A stretch of DNA of 64,000 nucleotides from contig DF237108.1 in assembly GCA_000708835.1 (NCBI GenBank), forward strand, positions 62,001-126,000. Direction: 5' to 3'. This DNA comes from Klebsormidium nitens (lineage: Eukaryota > Plantae > Klebsormidiophyceae). The notes below the pieces were generated by a model. The model saw only the letters and a program-made list of their open reading frames with translations. It did no database searches and was not told the DNA's origin. Of this stretch, positions 13,401 to 25,400 are shown piece after piece; the stretch's first letter is position 1, and each line of letters starts with the position of its first letter. The position numbers were made by a program, and so were the translations under genes.

Positions 13401-16400
13401 GCTTGACACGCACTGCGCTCGATGAAGGTATGAGATACTCTTTATGAGACTCTGTTCAAAGATTTTTGCACGATCTGGATGAACCTGCTGACATGGATAA
13501 AGATGAAGTTGTATTGGCACGGATCGACATTCGCTAAAAAAGCTGCGGAGGATGAAGCTTCGCTTTGCTTATGTGCTTGAACAGAAGACGAACTTGGTCC
13601 CAATGGCGTGTTTTGACAAAGCTTGCGACATCGCCGAGAAGCGCACGAAAGGTTCACTTATCTCCCGCTGAAGTCGCAGGTGTTCGTCTCTTGAATCAAC
13701 GCTCGCAGAAACTTCCGCTGGTGTACTTCATCCGGAAGCTTGTCAGACACGAACAAGCAAGTCTACTCTCGAACACGTTTCACCTAACTTTTCTCCTTCT
13801 TCCTCAGGCCGGCGACCAAGCTGCTTCGGACGCGCGTATCGTGTCGCTCGAAGCGGACTTCGCCCGCGCGATCCAGGACAAGGAACTCTGTCTCACCTCT
13901 TTGGTCGAGCTCGAGAGAGCGTTCGCCTCAGAGAAGGCCGACCTGAAGGCGGCCGCGAGGGCCGCCGACGACGAGCGCGCGCGCGTCGAGGAGGAGGCGC
14001 GCGCGCACAAGGGGGCCGCGGAGGAGGCGCTCGCGCGCATCCCGGCGCTGGAGGCGAGAGAAAAGGATCTTCAAAGAGCGAAAGTGCTGCTGCAAGGTAG
14101 AAGTGAAAACAGCACTCTACTTTGACGCAGTCTCCCTTGGCATTCTTCGAGAAAAGTCGCTGAGTCTATGCATCCAGCGCTAAGACGCTAAGATCGATTG
14201 CCAATCGAGGTTGTGGCTCGCTTGGTGCCCTCTCTAGAGGAACCTGGTTTTCATTTCCGAACCGCAAAAGGTCTTCTTGTTCCTATCTGTAATGTCGAAG
14301 AAAGTGCGGAAGGTACTTGTCTCCGAGGGATAGCTTTGACGTTTTCCATTCTACAACGTTCCTTTGGACGTTTCTGGTGTTGATGGCAACAAGCACATCA
14401 CGAACCGTGTACGCTATTCTACAAAGCAAACCAGGAAGCGGCTCTGGAAGACTAAATACGACGTGCAATAAAAGACCAAATTTTCAACCGAGACCCCCCG
14501 GTAGCTACTGCTGAAAAAAGGACACTTCCTTCCGGTGATTCATGGTTTTAGCGGGAGCTGGGCTTGTCATACTTGTTCCAGAATCCTAACTCTTCGCGTT
14601 TCTAAATCCATCCAGCGGCCTCAAGTGGCCTCAGACTTAGTGCTTTTGCTTGCTCTGCAGGTCGTGCGGTGGGGCCGCAGCGTCTTCGCCATCATCCAGA
14701 ACTTTGTGCAGTTTCAGCTCAGCACTAACGTGGTTGCGCTAACAGAGTGATAAAGTTGGTTCTGAATGTTTAACAGGCGACCTTCTGGCAAAGCGCGAGC
14801 AGCATGAGGGGGAAAAAGAGCGCGCGGCCGCGCTCGCGCAGCAACTAGCGGTGACAGAAATCCAAAGTTACTTATAATTCTTTGACAGCCGACTTTCAGG
14901 CGAAGCGCGAGCATCACGAGGCAGAATAGGAGTGCGCGGCCGCACTCAGGCAGCAAGTAGCGTTGACAAAAAACCACAAATGGTTCTGAGTTTCTGACAG
15001 GCGACCTTTTGGCGAAACGCGAGCAGTACGAGGCGGAGAAGGAGCGCGCGGCCGCGCTCGCGCAGCAACTAGCCGCGACAGAATATCAAATCTGGTTCTG
15101 ATTCTCTGACAGGCGACCTTCTCGCGAAGCGCGAGCAGTATGAGGCGGAGAAGGAGCGCGCGGCCGCGCTCGCGCAGCAACTAGCGGTGACGGAAGAGAA
15201 CCTGCGGTTCATGGCGCACCAGATCGACGAGCTTCGGGCCAGCGTTGCGGACGGTCGGACGAAGCTCGAGGAGAGCGTCCGAAAGATTGCGGACAAGGAC
15301 GCGGAGCTCGAGGAGAAGACGGAGGTGAGCCAAAAACAGAACCTGCCTCGTGTAAGCAGTGTGTGTTGTGAGACGAGTTCTAAAAGTCCGAAGAGAGAGG
15401 ATTTGATAAATTACAAAATCGGACGCTAAGCTTGAGGAGACGACCGAGTCGAGCCAATAAGGAGCTGCCATGCGCAGGCTTTGTGTATGTTTGATTTGTT
15501 CTCAAAAACCGTGAATCGGTCGTCCGATTACTGCAGAAAGCATGGCCGAGCTTGAGGGAAGGACACAAATGAACACAGACTCTTTTTGCAAAAGCTACAA
15601 GTTGAAGGGTCCACTCAATGAAAGATCGTACTAAATCAAACGTGGTTCTAGGGCCCTTCATCAAGACGTGTGACTGATCGGTTTCCCTACTGGCCCCATC
15701 GCACAGGCGTTGCTTCGGACACAGATAGATACAGAAGAAAGGCGGAAAGAGCATGAGGCTGCCGTGAAGGAGATCGAGGATAAGTGGGCGACTGCCAGGG
15801 AGTGCGAGATGGCGCAGCGCGTCAAGAAGAAACGGTACAAGAACAAGCTGGTCGACGCCGAGAAGGTAGGTCTGGGCGGTGAGATGACCCAGATAATGAA
15901 GGGCGCAATACTGATTCTAAGCCGGCCTTGTGTTTGGTTCTAGAGCTGTTGACTGCTGTCTCAGCCAAAAGGTGATCACAAGGTGGTAACCTGAAAGAAA
16001 TACAGCGACAGGAAATGGAGACAAAGGAACGGGGTTTATTAAGTCTGGCAGTGTTGAGGCCAGTGTTCCTGGACTGATTTTTCGTTACGCAAGTGCGACA
16101 GAATGGTGGCACCGAACAGATTTGAGAGTGTCAAATCCCTAGGGGCAAAGGAGTAAAATGCTTCGATGCTGATGGGATGCTTTGACATTCAAGGAGTGCT
16201 CGGATTTCTCGTTCGTTTCCGACGAAGAAGCTGCCAGGCGAAAACTCCCAGGACGAAGCTGCACAATCTTGCTTCCGACAACCATTGTGCGGTTCTGCGC
16301 TTTCCTCTTCGAAGACAAGTCATCTTGTTAAAACGAGAACAATGATCAACTTCTAACGTTGTTCCTAAGACAGGAGCCTTTGAAGCGCTACCTCAGCATA

Positions 16401-19400
16401 AAAATGTCGTTGTAACCAACGAAACGAAGCCAGACACCTGTCGGTTTTGTCCAAGCGCAGGAGCTGGAAATTTGGCGCGCGGACATCGCGACTGCGGACC
16501 AGATGTATCAAACTTTATCCTAAATCCCGCGCACAAGGAGATGTATCAAAGTAGCCCCTTCAGGTCCGGGTACGGTTTTCGCCACGTTCGCGCCAAGACA
16601 CATCTTCAACACTTTCGTTCGCGTGCAGGATCTGAAAAAGTGGCGCGCGGACATCGCGACTGCGGACCAGATGTAATCACTCTAGCATACGCTTTCGCGG
16701 TATCACTGCATATAAATGTATCAGGGTTTACGAAGTCTAAAGCATTTCGTGTGAGCGCAGGAGCTGGACAAGTGGCGCGCGGACATCGCGACAGCGGACC
16801 AGATGTACCAGGCCGGCCAGGCGGTGCTAGAGAAGGTGGCGGTGCTCCAGGGACTCGTGGACGAGGCGGCGCTTAGAGAGAAACAGGTGAGGAGAGGCTT
16901 ACGTCATTGAAAGGCTGACTTCCTCAATCTTGGCTAGAACTGGAAAGACCCCAGAGCACTTCAAGACATGTCAAAAGAAGTCTGCAAATCATGGTGGGGT
17001 CGGTGCTCCAGGGACAGGTGAAAGAGGCGGCGCTGAGAGGGAAACAGGTGAGAGGAAAAGCTGACGTCACCAAAGTAAAACTGGGGGAAAACACGAGAAA
17101 CACTAGATTAATATGAAGGCTTGGGAAAAGGGTGGCGGTGCTCCAGGGACAGGTTGACGAGGCGGCGTTGAGAGAGAACCAGGTGAGCGTTAATATGACG
17201 TCAGCAAGTTTGGTTGGAGTTGGAAAGAAAATGCAGAGGTTTTGAACTCTTTTGGAGGTGAGAGATGCAAACTGGAGAAGCTGGCGGTGCTTCAAAGGAC
17301 AGATGGACGATGCGGCGCTGAGAGAGAAATAGGTGAAAGAGATGCTGACGTCATCACCAATCGAGGCCGGAACCGATAGAAACATAGGAACTTTGGGTGG
17401 GATGAAAATTGAGGAAGGTGGCGGAAGGGGCTCAGGGAACAAGAGGCGAGGGAGAATCGATATTAGACATACCGTGAGCATGATGAGTTGAGAACTTTGG
17501 GAGTTCAGAGAGGGAAAAGTGTGGCGGTGCTTGTGAGGGGTGAACGAGGCCGTCTTTGGGGAGTAGATGAGGAGCCAACAAAGTGAAGAGTATGAAGAGC
17601 TTGAAAAGATGAATTGAGCTGATCGGGGAATGAACGAAAGATGGAGGAAGCGAAGGAGGCAATGACTTGCGGAAGAGCTCCACGGCGGGCAGCGCCAAGA
17701 GGGAAAACGGGCGACAAACTTCGCAAACGGCCAGAAAGAAGGGGAGAGAGAAGCATATGAACGAGATTACCATCAGCATTGATCTTTGATATGCCCGCCG
17801 ACGCATTTCCCTGCACATTACATGACAGCCGACTTGCGGAGGGTTGCAATCACCGTACTAACTTTGAAGATCAGCGATTTCGATGCAGAAATATTCCTTT
17901 TGAATCCATCCATTTTGAAAGCAGACTGCCAAGAACCTTTTGGACCGAATCAATATCGGGTTTTTCAAAGGGACTTTTGAGTGACGGATCGCGATGGAAC
18001 TGCCCAAAAGAGATTTCGACAATTTGCAAGCCTCCAGAAACATAATCTTTCTGACTCGCATCGAACAAAACAATCACTTAATGCTGATATGAAAAGCTGG
18101 TACGTTAGTACGACCAGTCACTGAGAGCAATTGGCCACACCCACGAAGCCGGTCTGTGACGTCGTCATTCTTCGCTTTTCTTGGCAGCTTTGCGACGAAA
18201 AGGCGGCGCTAGAAGAGGCCTTGCAGAGGGCGGAGGCCGCCGTGGCTGACGGGAAACACGAGCTGGAACTCCAAAAGCAGCGGTCCGACGAGGCCTTGCG
18301 GCAGGTTCTGCTCACGGCGGCGGCGGAAAAGGAAGAGTACACGCGGAAAGCGGAAGACAACCACGCGGCCGCGATGCAGGATATCAAGGTAAAGTTTAAG
18401 AAGGTTTGTTTCTAACAACAACAAGAGCAATGGCTTCCGACGATAGAGTCCACCAAAGTACAGTCCAGCGAAGCGAAAGTTCCTGCAAAGAAGAAAAAAA
18501 GATTGCCCAGACTGGGAGTGCGACTGATGCGGGTTTATTGCCATGGGATGTGACTGAGAAGCTCTGATATTACCTACGTCATCGCACCTAAAAGCAAGAC
18601 TCCAAATCCGACTCTGCTCCGCACCTGGCTTTTCTGAGATTGGTCCCCCGATCTTAAGATAAAGGAATCGAAGCTTCGCAGCTTACTGAGTCGGTTTTTC
18701 CAAAAGATTGATTGTAATTTGTATACAGATTCTGGGAAAACGAACAAAGTCGTTCAAGAAGCAGTGACTCGAATCTTGTCGTTGTTGAGTAAACTCGGGA
18801 GTTTTCCGAAGGATCGACAGGCATGAAGCTCGCACAAACCGTAGAGGAGCGCATCTGATCAATATGGCAGAACAATGCTAACATTTCTCTTCAGATCCTG
18901 GACACACGCGCGCGCGCGCTGGAGAAGCAAGTCGCGTCGCGCGACGAGCAGATCAAGGGCCTCCAGCGCGACCTGCGCCGCAACGAGAACGCGACCAAAG
19001 TCTTGGTGCGCGAGAAAGAGCTGCTCGCGTGCAAAATGACGGAGACGCAGGTCCAGTTCGAGGAAGAAAAGAAGGCTCGGGAAGAGGCGTGGGAAACTAG
19101 ATTGGGCGAGGTTTCCAGCCGGCTGGCGGAAACGACGGAGGGCTTGGAAAAGACGAGGGCGGAGCTGGAGGAAATGAGAAGAGCGGGGCAGGAGAGAGAA
19201 GAACTAGGCAGGCGGGAAAGGGAGGAGTTGGTGAAGGCCAAGGGTGATGGCGCGGCGGAAGTGGGGCGGCTGAAGGAGAGAGTGCGCGTTTTGGAAGAAG
19301 CGTTGGAGAAGAGACAGGAAGAGCTCAAGGTGAGCTTAAGGATATGTTTTTGGGAGTATATCCTTCCTTCTTACATGTTTACGGGGAGAAATGGACGACA

Positions 19401-22400
19401 TCTTGTGGATACGTAGGAAGAGGAGGCTGAAAGAGGCGCCACGAATGAGACGGTAACTGTCGAAATAGGATTAGTAGATCATTAAGAAGCCAGGAAGGAT
19501 TCCAGTTTGGTTCAAGTGCTCCTTGGTCATCCTCCTTGTTGAAGTAAAGTAGACATGGCCACGCCCGTCTTCTGTCGGTTTTCAGGCTGTCTTCCCAGAA
19601 GCGTCGCACAAAAATCCCCGCTTCAGCCCCAGCTGCCTGTTGCCTGATCATTTCCCCCCCCTGAACCTCGCCTTATGCCCGCCTAATCCTGCCTGAACCC
19701 GCCTTATGCCCTCCTGAATCCCGCCTAAAACCCGCCTTATGACCGCCTAATCCCGCCTAAACCCGCCATATCAACGCCTAATCCCGCCTGAACCCGCCTT
19801 ATGCCCGCCTGATCCCGCCTAACCCGCCTTATGCCCGCCTGATCCCGCCTGAATCCCGCCTGAATCCGCTGATTCTTGCCTGAAACCCACCTGACCGTAC
19901 GCAAACCCTACCTAAACCCCGCCTAAATCCCGCTCAAACCCCGTCGCGCCCGCGCAGGCCGCCCAGCGGGACGCCATCGAGCTGGAGGCGAGCATGAGCG
20001 TCATGCTCGAGAAACTAGAGGCGGAGAAAAGTGAGCTGAGCAAAGGCGCGCCGGCCGCGCGCGCGGACGAAGGAGAGCACAGTAGGTTTGGGGAGGAGAG
20101 CCGCGAGAGGGTACGGGAACTAGAGGCGGCGCTAAAGGGGGCTCAAAGAGAGGCGGAGCACAGGCTTGAGTGGATGCAGGTAAGCCGCGTTGTTTTATTG
20201 TCAAGGACTCATGGTGTTGACTGCTCAAGCTTGGTCTTCCGGTGAGAATGCTTGTTCTTGGTACAAGGATGTTCTAACTGCTGTACTTGGAAGGCCGGAA
20301 CGCACGCGAAACAAACCTTCTCCAGTCCAAAAACTCCTTTCCACCTTGACGTTAGGGCTGAGTTTTTTGGCCGGTCAAGTCCTGCTTCACTAATTGAGTG
20401 CAACGCACAGCAAATGACCTTAGATAGACAGTTTGCTCTGAGTAGGCCTTTCGACGTAGCGCATGGCCCATACTGAGCGCGACTTTGAGCGTTTACAGCT
20501 TGATGCAGTACGAGAAAATTGGCAGAAACTGTGCGACGGAATAGCATGGCTTTTCCGCCTAATCACCTCATCTGGATACAAGGTGTGGCCGAAGATAAAA
20601 GTGGGTTCGCTTTTCCTCTTCAGAAGTCAAAGGCCGCCAAATGACCTTACGATAACGGCGTCTTTACACCACTTTGCAGAAACTCCTTGACATGCTTTAC
20701 GAGTCCCACTCCGAAGGGGCGGATCGCCGGAGTTCCTCCGCAGGAAAGACCCCCCGCTCGCGGGAAAGAGACCAAACTGTCGACAGCGTGATTTGTGGCG
20801 TCGTTCTAACGATCGATGAGGAGTCAACAGTCGACGGAGTAGTGGACAGAGTCGTTTTCGACGTCGAAGATGAAGTAGCGCACGGGAAGCTTGGGAGACG
20901 GCCGACGATAAAGAGAACGGCATCTAAGTTGAGATCCAACAGCAACGTCAAGCTTTCAGAGGCAGTAGATACAGCCTCGAGTTCTAAGGCAGTACAACAG
21001 GAAGACGATTCTGCAGGACGGGTTGTTTATGAGAAGGCGAAAGAAGAGTGGGCTTCATTCCTGGCGCGGCTCTCCAAAGCGGAGCTCTGGCGGGGCAATC
21101 TGACGGCTGAGGTTGAGAAGCTCATGGGCATCAACGAGGATCTTGCGGCCCAGATCTCGCGGCTGCGCGAGCAACTAGAGGCGGCGCAGAAAGCGGGGAA
21201 CTCGCGGCAGACCGAGAAGGCCGCCAACACGCGCTTCGCGGAGGCGCTCCTGAAGAAGCGCGAGCGGCGCGCGCAGGAGGAGCTGGAGGCCGCAGTCGCG
21301 CGCGCGGGTGCGCTGGAGCGCGCGCTTGCCGACGCGCGGCGGCTGCTCGCGGAGCGCACGCGCGAGACGGCGTCCGAAATGGTGGTTCCGGACGCGGGCG
21401 GGGTTTGGACAAACCGCGCGAGCATGGGCGCGGGGAGCGGGAAGGCCTGGGTGGAAGATGCGCCCATACAGGTCGATTTAGTGAATGAGGACGGAAGCTC
21501 CGGCGGAAAGGCCGTCTGGGAAGCGGAGCGGAAGTCTTTACTAGACCAATTGGCCACCCTCGCGGCGGAACTCCGGAAACCTAAGCCTCCGGAACCGGCG
21601 CCGGAACGCTCGGGTAAGGGGCCTTTGGAGACAGGCACATCGGCCGCACAAACGGATGACCATCGGGTATCTGTGGCGGACGACGGAACCTCACCGGAAG
21701 CGGACGGAGTCGCGAGCAGTCCGGCGGAACGGGTTGCGGCCACAGTAGCGGAAACGCAAGCCCTCAGAGTGGAGGTGGAGCGTCTTGCTAGCGAGAAGGA
21801 AGCGGCCGCGAGCGCACTGGAAGTGCAGCGCGCGGAGAAAGAAGAGCTAGAGGCACGGGTAGCGGCGCTAACGTCAGAGTTGCAGCGCGCGCTCGAGGCG
21901 CGCGATGCGGGCGATGAAGCCGCGGCAAGCGCGCTCGCAGCCGCGCGCGCGGAAATCGAAGCGCTTTCGGCAAAGGAGCAGTCGCTGGCGATCGCGGCCG
22001 AAAACCTGGAGGAAGAAAAGCGCGCGCTGGGCGCGACTCTCGCGGCCGCGCAGGGCGACATTGCGAGCGCTGTCGAGCAGGCGACGGTTGCCAAGAAGGA
22101 GAAGGAAAGAACGGCGAGCGCGCTCGAGAGTTTGCGCGAGGAGAAGAGCGCGCTCGAAGCGGAAGTGGTGTCGATCGAGGCGGAACTGTGCGCGTTTCTG
22201 CCGGACACGGGAGAGGGGACGGTGCGCGACAGAACTGGTTCCGTGGAAAGGGCGCGGGCGGCAGCGGAATCTGTCAGAGCGGAAATGGAAGCCACAAAGG
22301 TGTCATATCCTAGAACCTTGGCCTGAGTTTGAATCTGACAAAGGAGTTTTTTTTCCTTTGTTTGGCACTTTGTTGTTTCCGCGAGTCTTAGCAATGGGAC

Positions 22401-25400
22401 TTGCGAATGAGGCCTTCTCGCTAACAAGGATTGATCTGTAATGCGGACAGCTAGGTCAGCGTTGGAAGTTGCGTAAGCAGACGATTTTTTTTTTGAGCAT
22501 TGCTGATGTAGCTGCGATCGATATGCACCTCTTCGAGACTAAGGAACAAGAGCCATGATATGTAAACAGCAACAACCGAAAAGCATTCTGAAATGTGCAT
22601 GGGGCTACTTGCACTTGTCTTTGCTGAATGGAATACGTGCAATTGTCGATCGAGTGTGCCCAAGTTGCGCAGGTGGAGGTCTCCAAAATGCGCGAGCAGC
22701 TGCAAGCGGAAGCGGAGCAGCGGCGAGCGGAACAAGAGGAGCGGAGAGCGGAACAGACGGACCTGGAGGAGCGGAAGGCGCAGATCGAGGAGCAGAAGGC
22801 GGAACTGGAGGAGCGGAAAGCGGAACTAGAGCAGGCGAAGGCACAGGCGCTCGAAGCGCAACAGGTGAGTGTTTGCGGACGCCTTGAGTCTGTGGGCCCG
22901 CAAGACTTTTTAAGGAACCCCTCTGACCGATTGCAAGTTCAATTGGCACATGCATATCGTAATGTGTGCGATTGGATTGGAAAAGCATGGAAATGTAGCA
23001 CAAAACTCTCCGACTCAAGATGGTGAGGAAGTGAAAAGCTCAAATTACTCCAATTTTGAGAAAACTTGGGTCTGACTCAGGCGGCCGCAGAGGCGCGGGT
23101 ATATCTCCATGTTCGAAATCTCTTTTCTCAAGAGCTGGAGAAATGTACATACTCTCCGACAACAAGTACTGAAGACCTAAGCCTTGCACATTTTCAGATC
23201 TGAGTTCGGTTCCGAGGGCCGCGGAGGCGCGGCAGAGCGACTCCTACTGGGCTCGAAACGTGGTTACCTCCAAACCCCGCCCTCTGAGATTCTCTGCGTC
23301 TGAAAAACTCAGAAGAAATCCCAAACCCTGTCCCATTTGTACAGGCGGCCGCGGAGGCGCAGGAGGAGTTGGGCCACGCGCGCGCGAGCGAGCAGAAGAA
23401 GTCGCTGATGAATCTGTGGACGCAGACCGTACCCAAAACGGGGGGCACCGTCATCACTGTAAAGTACACCCCCCGGACGTTGAAGGTCCTCATCTCGCAG
23501 GTTAGTTTCAAATTTGAACAGTCCCGAAGCGCTTCGAATCAATGGTCAAATAGGACTTGTGGCTCGTAGTTTTGATCAACAGGTTACTCAAAAGGTAACA
23601 GCCTGCAGCAAGAATGTCGGACCCGTTTTCACGAATGTTTCTAGGAGGAGTTGCCCGACTTTACTGCAAACAAGCTCGACCGCGCTGTTCCATACACACT
23701 AGCTACTTACAATCGACAGGGGTTTTTGTGTCAATGAGGAACATTTTTGAAGTCCCTTCTTTGAGTCCTAGATTTGATATTTAGTGTCAACGGTAAACAT
23801 TTTTGAAGTCCCTTGTTTGAGTCCTAGATTTGATTTTTAGTTCAAGCCCTTCAATGAGCTTTTTCTGGAGCTTTCCGGAGGCCTTCTATGAGGCCTTGGT
23901 TGCAGAGACCTCCGCAGTCTTGTTTGAAGCCTGATTCTTTCCTTGCCCTCCAGATTAGTGTTACAAAACTGCTTTTCATAAGGATCTATTTCTGAGGCCT
24001 TGTTCCTATCGTCTTCTAAACAACGACGAAACCGCTCTTCATACGGCTCTTCATACCGCTCTTCATACCGCTCTTCATACGGCTCCTTATACCGCTCGTC
24101 ATATGGCTTTCTTTAGGCCTGATTTGTTCGCTGGCTGCGGACAAACGCGGACGATCAAACATTGCGAGGTCCGTAGTCGGGGGCCTTAAATCTGGGGGCC
24201 TTGTCTTTCCACAGGTCCTCCGTTTTGATAGGCTAGTTTCTCGTCGTGGCTCATTGTACTGCGACAGGATTGCTGCGGCATTGCGGAGGACTTCAGGGAC
24301 CCTGGTCTTGGAGGCCTTCTTTTCGCAGGCAATTCTTTGCAACTCCCTTTCTTGCATCTGCTTTTCAGGTCCACTTCGACGAGATCGCGTTGGAGAAGTC
24401 GTGAATTGAGACCAATAGCGCGGACATTGGGTGGTTACTGTCCCCGCGAACGAGAAGAAGGCCTTGTCTCGTGCTTTTTCAGAACTAGTGCTGCGACAAG
24501 ATCGCTGCGGACATTGCGGACGACTGAAGAATCCTCGTTCAGTGGACACTCTTCGTAGAATGCTGTTTTGGAAATCCGTGTTTAAAGCTAAGTTTTCCTA
24601 TTATCAAAAAGTACTGGCGACAAAGATTGCTGCGGACATTGCGGACGACCAAAGTATTCAAGCTCAACGGACACTTCTCCCAAGAAACTTTTTGAGAATT
24701 CCATATTCTGAAGCTAGGTTTGTCTGCTTCTCAGGTCTACTGCGACAAGATTGCTGCGGACATTGCGGACGACCAGGAGCCCGGCGGACAGCGGCAGGAC
24801 ATGAAGGAGTTCGTGTACGACTTCTTCCTCTTCAAGTTCGGCCTGCGCGCCTTTGCAGAGCTGCACCTTCTGAGGTGAGTGAAAATCTCTAGTGTTTCCG
24901 CCATTACGAAAGTTGATATGGGACTCGACTTGAAGGCACCAGTAGCCAGAGACCTTAGACAATTCCGAGGTACTTTTGGGCGTGGATGTCATCAAAGATT
25001 TTGTCAAATCTTCTTCATATCTACCGAACTCTATAGTTCACCATCCCTTCCTCCTTTCATCACACGCATCAAAGTCAGTCCATCGCGGTTCTTGTTACAG
25101 ACCTTAACACTTTCAGCAGAGATTGTAGTCATGCATTGCACGCCACCTTAACATTACTGGCAAGGTCATTGTCCGCCTACTTTAGTCACTAGCTCTAAGC
25201 CCGCACGGCGCCGACCACGCGACGTCGCGCTGACTTGCCGCCGCGGCCGCGGTCCATTTTAGTGACGGTACCGATGTCACCGAACAAATCGCGACCGTCG
25301 AATTTCATCGAACGGTCCTCTGCGCAAATTAAACTTGGCCGATCGGCACGACCCACAACTTTCGTGAATAAGCGGAGGGTATATAACCGCGAACCCAGCG

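Noticed and set aside
21027-22427. 466-aa minus-strand ORF (and similar long antisense ORFs at 7146-7856, 37916-38371, 42730-43233, 27062-27883)
   Set aside because: Shadow frames of GC-rich true exons or intron-spanning open stretches; low-complexity S/A/R composition and no independent gene structure.
24016-24549. ORF with MKSG repeats
   Set aside because: Translation of the 12-bp minisatellite and the exon-edge array on the antisense strand.
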